In this document: positions 1-7,465 of the stretch, piece by piece
How positions within the stretch are numbered: the first letter of the stretch is position 1
Layout: the number at the start of each line of letters is the position of its first letter
IMG/VR virus record: IMGVR_UViG_3300021431_000109
Location: 15,017 to 79,016 of that record
Length of the DNA stretch: 64,000 nucleotides
Strand: one strand, 5' to 3'
Origin: a virus
Taxonomy: Duplodnaviria; Caudoviricetes
Translations under genes and position numbers: made by a program
Notes under the pieces: model-generated
What the model was told of the DNA's origin: nothing
What the model saw: only the letters and a program-made list of their open reading frames with translations
The model's database searches: none

Positions 1-96
1 GTTCTTTTTTTCTCTTTCGTTCCCTTGGAACAATTATATAATATCACAATTTTAGGATATTGTCAAGCATTTTTTGAAAAAAATTTTTTGTAATTA

Positions 97-144
97 GTTA
101 GACACCTCTAACTCGCGCCGGCCGCGGAGTTAGATTACTCTAAC
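97..144. repeat. Double-palindrome intergenic element, copy 1
   Basis: GTTAGA-CACC-TCTAAC, 16-nt spacer containing CGCCGGC, then GTTAGA-TTAC-TCTAAC; overlaps the stop codon of the exonuclease gene. Confidence 0.9.
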
Positions 145-800
145 TCCGTATATCCTCTGCGGAGGCATTCCATGAGGATTTCGGTTTCAATTTCTACATC
201 TGCAAGCCCCGTGTGCGCTTCTTCAAAGTCGTTATTGTTGGACAAATAGCGCCAAATAACTTCTGCTGTGGCCTTGGGGCGCGGGGTTTCATGCGCGGTC
301 ATGTAGTTATTTTCTTTACAAAACTTGATGTAATCTTCGGTCTTACAAATGACCTTTCTTGCCATCCTCATGGTGTCTGCGGTCTTAATGCCATACGGGA
401 GGAAAAATCGCTTCTTGCTCTTGGTTTGGTATCTCATAGTTGCATTAAGCACTGCAATGTCAAATCTGATATTATGCGCGACCACTTCTTCTACATGATA
501 GTCTTGGCACATCTGGTTGAAAATCTTCCACATCTTCCATGTATCTACTACTTGACGTTCGCCGCGCTTGATTTCTTCAATGTATCGCGGGAACTTATCT
601 TTATAATATGCGTCACTCATGGCCTTGGGCATACCATAAAATACATCCCCGTTGATAAGATTTAACTTATCAAGGATGATGCCGCCATCATTAACAACCT
701 GTCCACCAAGGTCATAAGCCTGACCATTTTCTACATCCAGTTGGCCATTTGGCAAGCGGTCAGTCATGCAAGTTTCACAGTCAAATACCATACGATTCAT
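135..800 (-). CDS. DEDDh (DnaQ-like) 3'-5' exonuclease
   Basis: ExoI VFDCET, ExoII VAHNIRFD, ExoIII EAHTGLADVEIE motifs; own promoter at 851-879. Confidence 0.85.
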   Translation of the reverse strand: MNRMVFDCETCMTDRLPNGQLDVENGQAYDLGGQVVNDGGIILDKLNLINGDVFYGMPKAMSDAYYKDKFPRYIEEIKRGERQVVDTWKMWKIFNQMCQDYHVEEVVAHNIRFDIAVLNATMRYQTKSKKRFFLPYGIKTADTMRMARKVICKTEDYIKFCKENNYMTAHETPRPKATAEVIWRYLSNNNDFEEAHTGLADVEIETEILMECLRRGYTELE

Positions 801-899
801 TGGGTTAATTTCCTTTCTGGTTTGTAGTGTTTTCCTTCACTTCATGGCATAGTATACCACGCGAAAGGATGTTTGTCAAGGGTTTTTGTAATTTTTTTA

Positions 900-946
900 G
901 TTAGTGCCCCTTAACTGCGGCGCCGGCGCGGTTAAACGTCTCTAAC
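900..946. repeat. Double-palindrome element, copy 2
   Basis: GTTAGT-GCCC-CTTAAC ... CGCCGGC ... GTTAAA-CGTC-TCTAAC. Confidence 0.85.
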
Positions 947-970
947 TCGCTTTAATAAAAAGGGCGCGGG

Positions 971-1372
971 TTACTCCGCGTCCTCATGAATCATACCATC
1001 AAGGCCCTTTTCGTTCAATTCCTTAACGACCTTCTTCGCTTCGCGCTTCGCCTGGTCGGCGGCAATCTTCGCGGCCTTCTTCGCGGTGGCTGCGGCCTTC
1101 TTCGCGGCCTTCTCTTCCAGTTCGGCCTTATAGTCATCAGCGGCAACCTCACCGTCAAAGGCTTCATAACCGCCCTTGCCATCACGAGTACCGCGAGGAA
1201 CAGAAACGGAAATCTTTACATATTTTTCGTTGCCCTCTTCGTCAGTAGTGGGGAACACAATCGCAGAAGAGGAAATAGAGAGCGCGTCCATGTTGTACTT
1301 CTGGGACACAAACTCAATAATGTCGCGGAGAGTAACGTTGCGGAGATTGGTGTTCAGAGCGGTCTGTGTCAT
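971..1372 (-). CDS. Hypothetical protein with Lys/Ala-rich C-terminus
   Basis: Start MTQTALN chosen after promoter (1427-1455) and SD; tail AKKAAATAKKAAKIAA. Confidence 0.75.
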   Translation of the reverse strand: MTQTALNTNLRNVTLRDIIEFVSQKYNMDALSISSSAIVFPTTDEEGNEKYVKISVSVPRGTRDGKGGYEAFDGEVAADDYKAELEEKAAKKAAATAKKAAKIAADQAKREAKKVVKELNEKGLDGMIHEDAE

Positions 1373-1495
1373 AGTTTTTACTTCCCTTCTGGTTTGGTGG
1401 GTTTTCCTTCCCTTGATTACGTTATTATTATACTGCAATTTTGAAAAATTGTCAAGTATTTTTCTAAAAAAATTTTTAAAAAATTTTTGCTCTTG

Positions 1496-1545
1496 GTTAG
1501 ATGCCTCTAACCGCCACGCCGGCGAAGGAGTTAAACGTATTTAAC
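1496..1545. repeat. Double-palindrome element, copy 3
   Basis: GTTAGA-TGCC-TCTAAC-N18(CGCCGGC)-GTTAAA-CGTA-TTTAAC. Confidence 0.9.
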
Positions 1546-1552
1546 TGGGCGA

Positions 1553-1993
1553 TTACTCGCCCAGTTCGCGCAATACGCTGATTATCTCTGTGGGGTCAAA
1601 GGCTTTGTCCTGCCATGCCTTGCGGTTGCCTTCCTCATCGTCGAAGAGAATACCACCACCGCACTCAATGTATTTATTGGTGCCATAATTTACAATGCGG
1701 ATTTCGTCCCAGATAACACTTGGAAGATGCTTGTGAAGCCAACACAGCTTAGAGAGAGCAACCGCGCCATTATAGAGGTCAGAGCCATTGCGGCTTGTCC
1801 AGCTGATAATTCCGAGCTTCCAGCCGTTGCGCTGTGCCTTATGCAGCAGTTTTGCCAGCTGAGAGAAGTTCAGCATAGGCGCAGCTACGTCATAGGGCCG
1901 CGTGCGCTCAGCTCGCAGGTCTTCAAGCCAGCCCTCTACGGCGTATAGGTTGGCAATAGTGCCATCCATGTCGAACCATATCATCTTTTCCAT
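1553..1993 (-). CDS. HAD-superfamily phosphatase / 5'(3')-nucleotidase-like protein
   Basis: Motif I WFDMDGTIA, motif IV LFDD; promoter at 2044-2072. Confidence 0.8.
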   Translation of the reverse strand: MEKMIWFDMDGTIANLYAVEGWLEDLRAERTRPYDVAAPMLNFSQLAKLLHKAQRNGWKLGIISWTSRNGSDLYNGAVALSKLCWLHKHLPSVIWDEIRIVNYGTNKYIECGGGILFDDEEGNRKAWQDKAFDPTEIISVLRELGE

Positions 1994-2096
1994 GCAGATG
2001 CCCTTCTGGTTTGTGGGGTTTTCCTTCCCCTTTCTGCACTTGAATTATACCACAGGCGGGCGCGGTTGTCAAGCACTTTTTGAAAAAAATTTTTGA

Positions 2097-2146
2097 GTTA
2101 AACGCCTCTAACTCCCGCGCCGGCAGAATAGTTAGACGCCTTTAAC
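2097..2146. repeat. Double-palindrome element, copy 4 (between divergent promoters)
   Basis: GTTAAA-CGCC-TCTAAC-N18(CGCCGGC)-GTTAGA-CGCC-TTTAAC; an extra GCCGGC follows. Confidence 0.9.
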
Positions 2147-2259
2147 TAAGCTGCCGGCGAAAAATTAATTTAAAATTTTTTCAAAAAGGGGTTGACAAGT
2201 GCCGTCCGGCATGTTATAATAAAGGCGTCCCAAGGGGATAAGAAAGGAAGGTAAACACC

Positions 2260-2709
2260 ATGACGCGTGAACAGATGATTAAACTCTACAACCTGCTGAG
2301 CGCCGCCAATGCTTATATTATTGGATTCGTTATGAATGGCATTCTGTACTATGTTATGCAAGAGCATATCAATGATGCATACCTGAAAATGGACCGGATG
2401 AGTAGTAAGCGCGGCGGCTGGGCAAAAATCCGCGTCCGCGTGCCAAGCGATGAAATGTGGAAACTGGTGAACAGTGGCGCGGCGATTGCGCTGGGTACGG
2501 CGTCAATGCTGAACTTTGAAGATAAGTATAATGACGGTGAACATTTTGAACGGGTTATAACGGAAATGTTCACAAACAAAAAGTGGGAAAAAGATTCTGT
2601 CCCCTTTAATGTCGCTGGTGATATCAATGTAAATGGTAAAGAGATTCAGATTAAGTTTAACGGCGCGGAACTCACCAATGAAAAAACTTTAAGCCGCATG
2701 GCGGCTTAA
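2260..2709 (+). CDS. Hypothetical protein, possible PD-(D/E)xK nuclease fold; paralog of 7466-7936
   Basis: GEHFE...GDINVNGKEIQIK pattern; promoter at 2192 and SD. Confidence 0.7.
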   Translation: MTREQMIKLYNLLSAANAYIIGFVMNGILYYVMQEHINDAYLKMDRMSSKRGGWAKIRVRVPSDEMWKLVNSGAAIALGTASMLNFEDKYNDGEHFERVITEMFTNKKWEKDSVPFNVAGDINVNGKEIQIKFNGAELTNEKTLSRMAA

Positions 2710-2790
2710 AGTTTTTTTCAAAAAGGTATTGACAAGCGCCGAAGTGTATGGTATAATAAATACGTAAAAAGGAAACGGGAGGGCAAACAA

Positions 2791-2976
2791 ATGACCACTA
2801 TCTTGACCATCATCTTCGTCGCAATTATCGCCTTTGAACTCTTCGCGGTTACACCATTTGGTGTATATTTTGCCTTGAAAGATTTGGATAATGGCAAGCC
2901 CGCGCGCCTACTAATCGCGGCTTTCGTCCTTGCTATCCCTGCCGTAGTTATTGCAAATATTTTAGGCATAGCATAA
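2791..2976 (+). CDS. Small membrane protein (2 hydrophobic segments)
   Basis: Promoter at 2729, SD GGGAGG, hydrophobic helices. Confidence 0.7.
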   Translation: MTTILTIIFVAIIAFELFAVTPFGVYFALKDLDNGKPARLLIAAFVLAIPAVVIANILGIA

Positions 2977-3026
2977 AAATATTGAAAATATTAAAAAGGA
3001 CCGGGGCCCTTTTTAATTAATGTCAT

Positions 3027-3076
3027 GTTAGAGTCCTTTAACCTTCGCGCCGGCACATCTGTTAGAGTCCTCTAAC
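3027..3076. repeat. Double-palindrome element, copy 5
   Basis: GTTAGA-GTCC-TTTAAC-N18(CGCCGGC)-GTTAGA-GTCC-TCTAAC. Confidence 0.9.
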
Positions 3077-3295
3077 CTATGGTTGGACCCCTCCTGAACC
3101 TGCCCGGCCTCTCTCCGGTCTCCCCGGTGTCCTCGACTGTGATTATATTATAACATGCCGGCGCGGATTCGTCAAGGGGTTTTTGAAAAAATTTTTTAAA
3201 AAGTTTTTTAAAAAACTGTTGACAAACCGGCCATTATGTGTTATACTTTAATCACGGTAAGGGAAGAACCTGCCGAAGAAATGGAGGACGAAGCA

Positions 3296-3520
3296 ATGAA
3301 GTTTTTGAAGAAAGAAAGCAAAAAGGAAAAGGGATATAAAATTGCTTTTTGTGACACGCCCGATCTTTCGACTAAATTTGGTGAATGGAAGGGAATTTTT
3401 GATACCTATTCTTCGGCTGACCATTGCATCAGAATGGGATGGGGAAAGGCTATCAAAGCAAAAACAACTGACGCATATGAAATTGATAGCGCTTGGTTGG
3501 TTATTGAAAAAATTTCTTGA
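3296..3520 (+). CDS. Hypothetical protein (74 aa)
   Basis: Promoter at 3219, SD GGAGG before ATG 3296. Confidence 0.65.
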   Translation: MKFLKKESKKEKGYKIAFCDTPDLSTKFGEWKGIFDTYSSADHCIRMGWGKAIKAKTTDAYEIDSAWLVIEKIS

Positions 3521-3618
3521 AAATTTTTTTTAAAAAAACTGTTGACAAACCGGCCATTGTATGTTATACTGTATTCGTAAAGAGGAAGGAAAACCTCCTA
3601 AACCAGAAAGGCGAAACA

Positions 3619-3909
3619 ATGACGAAGGCGATGATGGAGAAGGTCGAAAACCTGCGGAAATTCATTGAGAACAAAAAATTATCCTATGATCATTTGTGTG
3701 ATATCCTGCGGGCTCATTCGGAATTTCCTTCTGTGACTACCTTGCGGAGATACAACCTATTAAAGATAGTCGGTCATGAAGAATTTGAAGTGACTATGAC
3801 TGATGACGAAGCAGACTATCAGTATTATGAAGATATGGATGGTTTTGAATGGGATGAAAATAGAAACCTGTGGGTAATGATGGACTCGATAAACTATTAC
3901 GGAATATGA
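3619..3909 (+). CDS. Hypothetical protein (96 aa)
   Basis: Promoter at 3542, leader hairpin, SD; terminator follows. Confidence 0.7.
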   Translation: MTKAMMEKVENLRKFIENKKLSYDHLCDILRAHSEFPSVTTLRRYNLLKIVGHEEFEVTMTDDEADYQYYEDMDGFEWDENRNLWVMMDSINYYGI

Positions 3910-3938
3910 GGGCGCGAGCCTTCTTTTTTTCTTGATGA

Positions 3939-3988
3939 GTTAGATACCTCTAACTAAGCCGCCGGCGCGGCGATTAGGCATCTTTAAC
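3939..3988. repeat. Double-palindrome element, copy 6
   Basis: GTTAGA-TACC-TCTAAC-N18(CGCCGGC)-ATTAGG-CATC-TTTAAC. Confidence 0.85.
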
Positions 3989-4104
3989 CACTGCGCCGAT
4001 GACGAAAGGTAAGGCAGATTGAGTGAAAATTTTTTCAAAAAAGTATTGACAAAATGCCGGGTACGTGTTATAATAAAGCCATCAAAGAGAGGGAGGACAA
4101 AACG

Positions 4105-4269
4105 ATGACAAAGCGGTACGTAACTCGGCAGTATCTCTGGAATACATTCTACACTTGGGGAGTATGGGATAAAAAAGAATGTAAATGGATTGTTAATGAT
4201 AGATTGTACAGAAGGAACGTCATAGAAATCGCTGACAAATTAAACAAAGAAGAACAAAAAAAGTATTGA
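4105..4269 (+). CDS. Hypothetical protein (54 aa)
   Basis: Promoter at 4046, SD GGAGG; stop TGA lies inside the next -35 box. Confidence 0.65.
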   Translation: MTKRYVTRQYLWNTFYTWGVWDKKECKWIVNDRLYRRNVIEIADKLNKEEQKKY

Positions 4270-4323
4270 CAAATCCTAAAACCCGTGCTATAATAAATAC
4301 ATCAAATGAAGGGAGCCGCAACA

Positions 4324-4494
4324 ATGAAGAAGGAAATCACTTACACTGAACAGGAACTCAAAAATTGGTTTGAAGAAATGAAGAAGAAATATCCGCATTC
4401 AATGGCAGAAGAACATTTCCGCTTTGTTGAAATGAATATGTTTGACCATTGGAATGAAGAAAATAATTTGAAAAATGTGCTTGACAAATCTTAA
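4324..4494 (+). CDS. Hypothetical protein (56 aa)
   Basis: Promoter at 4266, SD GGGAG; last codons encode the next -35 box. Confidence 0.65.
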   Translation: MKKEITYTEQELKNWFEEMKKKYPHSMAEEHFRFVEMNMFDHWNEENNLKNVLDKS

Positions 4495-4558
4495 AATCGG
4501 TGTTATAATAAAGTCACAAAAGGGAAAGGAAAATCCCCAACACCAGAAAGGAACTGAG

Positions 4559-4726
4559 ATGGAAGAACTGCTGAATGAAATCGCGCGGACCTGGGGCCTG
4601 GAAGTTGAAGAAACCGTGGAAGTCTTCCGCATGGCGGAACGCGGCGAGAGCGTTGAAACCATCAAAGAATACAAGCGACTGGTGGAAGGAATGTGGGAAA
4701 ATGATTACTTCGGGTTTGACCTCTAA
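4559..4726 (+). CDS. Hypothetical acidic protein (55 aa)
   Basis: Promoter at 4481, leader hairpin, SD; terminator GGGTTTGACC-TCTAA-GGTCAAACCC-TTTT. Confidence 0.7.
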   Translation: MEELLNEIARTWGLEVEETVEVFRMAERGESVETIKEYKRLVEGMWENDYFGFDL

Positions 4727-4753
4727 GGTCAAACCCTTTTAAAATGAAATTGA

Positions 4754-4803
4754 GTTAGTTGTCTTTAACTCACGCGCCGGCATATTAGTTAGAGTCATCT
4801 AAC
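4754..4803. repeat. Double-palindrome element, copy 7
   Basis: GTTAGT-TGTC-TTTAAC-N18(CGCCGGC)-GTTAGA-GTCA-TCTAAC. Confidence 0.9.
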
Positions 4804-4928
4804 TATAATTTATGGGTACCAATTCCATTATATCACTTTCGGGATACTTTGTCAATACCTTTTTAAAAAAATTTTTTGAAATTATGGGATTAAAATTATG
4901 AACTAAAAAAGTGATTGGATTATTCCAA

Positions 4929-5078
4929 TCACCTTGAAATTGCGCAAATTTGTTTAACTTCCCACGGCTGGCCACTAATCGCGCGTCGTATGGCCGCGGC
5001 CTTTTGGGCCTCTTCATATGTACCATAGTGCATGTTGCCGATAAACCCGTGGCATGAAATTACATAGTAGACAGTCAT
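4929..5078 (-). CDS. Small hypothetical protein (49 aa, MTVYYVISCHGFIG...), absent from ORF track
   Basis: Promoter at 5108-5136, SD GGAGG, open frame to TGA. Confidence 0.65.
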   Translation of the reverse strand: MTVYYVISCHGFIGNMHYGTYEEAQKAAAIRRAISGQPWEVKQICAISR

Positions 5079-5168
5079 TGGAACGTCCTCCTTCATTTGA
5101 TGACTATATTATAACATGGTTTCGGGATTTTGTCAATAGTATTTTGAAATTATTTTCCGTTTGAGATT

Positions 5169-5197
5169 CGCCGGCGAATTAGTTAGACCGCTCTAAT
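5169..5197. repeat. Half element (CGCCGGC + one palindrome), copy 8
   Basis: CGCCGGC-GAATTA-GTTAGA-CCGC-TCTAAT. Confidence 0.75.
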
Positions 5198-5226
5198 CGT
5201 GATATAATAAAAAGAGTTGACTTGCG

Positions 5227-5397
5227 TCAACTCTTCGTAAAAGTCGCTATTTCCTCTCCTGTGGCGAGATTCGTAATATGTGCAGTAAAGAAGTCTGGTT
5301 CTTCATAATAAATTGCTAACGCTCTCATAATGCTGGGCAAGTCGGCTCTTTCTGTTTTAGTGGTCTGGTCATTCCATGCGGTGATAAGTTCGTACAT
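5227..5397 (-). CDS. Small hypothetical protein (56 aa, MYELITAWNDQ...), absent from ORF track
   Basis: Promoter at 5427-5455, SD GGGAG, terminator AAGAGTTGAC/GTCAACTCTT. Confidence 0.65.
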   Translation of the reverse strand: MYELITAWNDQTTKTERADLPSIMRALAIYYEEPDFFTAHITNLATGEEIATFTKS

Positions 5398-5451
5398 GGT
5401 AGTTACTCCCTTCTTTTGATGCCTTTATTATACCATATCTGTCCTACTATG

Positions 5452-5733
5452 TCAATACTTTATTTCAATTATTCCATCATCTACTATTGTGGTAGTGTTC
5501 ATGCTATCCATTGTCATGATGACTGATGTGCCTTGTGGCCGCACTTCGGTGCCCTTCATACCCCACACATTACCGTTCTCATCACGTATTAGTGTTATAT
5601 TTTCTGTATAATCTACCCTATAGATTTCGCCCTGTAAGGTATAAGTCTTATGTTGTGGTTGATGCAGACAGAGAAAAGCAACAAGAAGAGAGACGATTGC
5701 GGCAATGATAAGACCAAGAGTGTTGTTCTTCAT
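5452..5733 (-). CDS. Protein with N-terminal signal/TM segment (93 aa)
   Basis: MKNNTLGLIIAAIVSLLVAFLCL; promoter at 5769-5797. Confidence 0.7.
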   Translation of the reverse strand: MKNNTLGLIIAAIVSLLVAFLCLHQPQHKTYTLQGEIYRVDYTENITLIRDENGNVWGMKGTEVRPQGTSVIMTMDSMNTTTIVDDGIIEIKY

Positions 5734-5819
5734 GATGATTACTTCCTTTCTGCCCTTTGGACGTGTTTATTATAACATGTTTTTTCTATCGTGTCAAGTA
5801 TATTTATAAAAATTTTCTG

Positions 5820-5869
5820 GTTAGATGCATTGAACTTCTGCGCCGGCACGATGGTTAGACACTTCTAAC
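5820..5869. repeat. Double-palindrome element, copy 9
   Basis: GTTAGA-TGCA-TTGAAC-N18(CGCCGGC)-GTTAGA-CACT-TCTAAC. Confidence 0.9.
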
Positions 5870-5877
5870 TGACACAG

Positions 5878-5994
5878 AAAAAATAAGCGGTTAAAACCGC
5901 TTAGATTGCAGACCTTTTATTTGCACCTTTGAGAACCCTTGTGTCTGCGCCCTTAAAGAGCGGGTTCGGCGGGAGTATCTGCCTCTCTCCCCGT
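5878..5994 (-). ncRNA. Candidate small structured RNA
   Basis: Promoter TTGACA-N17-TATTAT (6001-6029) and terminator AAGCGGTT/AACCGCTT-T-tract enclose ~115 nt with no ATG ORF and nested stems (GGGAG/CTCCC, GAACCC/GGGTTC). Confidence 0.5.
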
Positions 5995-6152
5995 GACTAT
6001 ATAATAACATAAAGCCTGATAAATGTCAAGCATTTTTTCAAAAAAAATAAAAAAACTTTTTTTAAAAAAACCCTTGACAACCGTATTTTTATATGGTATT
6101 ATATACACGTAAAGAGGAAGGAAAACCTCAACAAACCAGAAAGGTAAAGATT

Positions 6153-6596
6153 ATGAAGACCACTCGTTATGAAGACATGTTTTCTGCTGTGACCAAAGCC
6201 AAGTGGACAACTGAAAAACTGGACGAAGTTATTGAGTATCTTCGCGCGAATCCGCGTAGTAGTGTTGCTGATATTCGCAAGGCAGTGTATAGTGATAGTG
6301 CGGACTATTTGAAGCAGTCTAACGCAACTCACATCGCGGCCATGCTGCGGACTCTGCGCAATTATAATATTGTTACTGTTGATACCAAACAGGGTGAACC
6401 GATTCAGATTGAAGTTGAAGAGTATGGTCCGTTTGAGGATGAAGGTTATCCTTTGCAGATTGAAGTAACTGATGCAAAAGGTAACAAGTATATTATTGAT
6501 AATCCTTATTATAAAACTCGTCAGTTTCGATATGGATATAGAAAAATCAAGAAGTGGATTACTCCCGTAATTAGCATCTATTCGCTGTGTGCGTAA
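6153..6596 (+). CDS. Hypothetical protein, possible winged-helix N-terminus (147 aa)
   Basis: Promoter at 6074, leader hairpin, SD; VIEYLRANPRSSVADIRKAV; terminator at 6596-6620. Confidence 0.7.
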   Translation: MKTTRYEDMFSAVTKAKWTTEKLDEVIEYLRANPRSSVADIRKAVYSDSADYLKQSNATHIAAMLRTLRNYNIVTVDTKQGEPIQIEVEEYGPFEDEGYPLQIEVTDAKGNKYIIDNPYYKTRQFRYGYRKIKKWITPVISIYSLCA

Positions 6597-6631
6597 AAAG
6601 AGGGCAATGCCCTCTTTTTTAATGCCATTCG

Positions 6632-6656
6632 GTTAGTATCATCTAACTGCGCCGGC
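6632..6656. repeat. Half element, copy 10
   Basis: GTTAGT-ATCA-TCTAAC-TG-CGCCGGC. Confidence 0.75.
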
Positions 6657-6756
6657 GAAAAAATTTTTCAAAAACCCCTTGACAATATCATAGTTATCTG
6701 CTATAATGATTACACAAAGGACAAGGAAAAGTCCTAAAAACCAGAAAGGATTCACT

Positions 6757-7071
6757 ATGAACGCTGCTGAGATTAAGTCTGTTGCCCGCGCGAACACCGT
6801 TGCTTATTTTACTGATGTGCTGAACGCGCATGATGCTGTACAGTTTGGCGAAGCGTCTTGGGCGATTCTGCAAGAGGTCGATGGACAGGAAGTCTGGTGT
6901 GAAGTCACTGTGAAAACCAAAGCGTATAAAGCTACGAAAGTAACGCCCGTGTTCGACCCGTTTGAAGTCGCGGAAGTATGGAAGGCTGAGAAGGCACAGA
7001 AGGAAGCCGAAAAGGCTGAGAAGGAAGCTGAAAAGGCCCGCAAGGCAGAAGAGAAAAAGAAGGCTGAGTAA
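6757..7071 (+). CDS. Hypothetical protein with Lys/Ala/Glu-rich C-terminus (104 aa)
   Basis: Promoter at 6679, leader hairpin, SD; tail KAEKAQKEAEKAEKEAEKARKAEEKKKAE. Confidence 0.75.
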   Translation: MNAAEIKSVARANTVAYFTDVLNAHDAVQFGEASWAILQEVDGQEVWCEVTVKTKAYKATKVTPVFDPFEVAEVWKAEKAQKEAEKAEKEAEKARKAEEKKKAE

Positions 7072-7091
7072 GCCTTCTTTTTTCGTTGGTG

Positions 7092-7141
7092 GTTAGATGC
7101 CTCTAACTCTTACGCCGGCATAAAAGTTAGATGTGTCTAAC
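7092..7141. repeat. Double-palindrome element, copy 11 (between convergent genes)
   Basis: GTTAGA-TGCC-TCTAAC-N18(CGCCGGC)-GTTAGA-TGTG-TCTAAC. Confidence 0.9.
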
Positions 7142-7176
7142 CAGTTAGAATAAAAAAAAGAGCCTTACGGCTCTTT

Positions 7177-7362
7177 TTATTTGTAGATAATTGTATATCC
7201 GATGCGGCCGAAGTGTGCCATATAATCAGATACTACCTGCGAAGTCTCGCCGTCATCATCGGTATATACGATAATCGTCTTGCCGCTTACTTTGATTTCA
7301 CCCTTATCCTGTAATACTACCAGGTGCTGCTCCGCGCTCATCTCTCTACGATACTTCATCAT
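7177..7362 (-). CDS. Hypothetical protein (~61 aa)
   Basis: Promoter at 7413-7441, leader hairpin, terminator at 7150-7180. Confidence 0.7.
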   Translation of the reverse strand: MMKYRREMSAEQHLVVLQDKGEIKVSGKTIIVYTDDDGETSQVVSDYMAHFGRIGYTIIYK

Positions 7363-7465
7363 TGTAGCTTCCTTTCCGGTTTGAAGGGTTTACCTTCCCT
7401 TTTGTTGCTTTTATTATATCACGGTTTACTTGGCTTGTCAAGTACTTTTTTCTTGCTGGGCTGGC

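Larger units (their letters stand above)
811..7401. promoter_or_regulatory. Conserved 5'-leader hairpin (4-5 bp stem, AAGGAAAA loop) followed by AAACCAGAAAGG SD, 8 copies
   Basis: Stems at 826-841(-), 1399-1412(-), 2015-2030(-), 3582-3597(+), 4522-4537(+), 6114-6129(+), 6718-6735(+), 7384-7401(-); stem sequences differ but stay paired. Confidence 0.8.
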
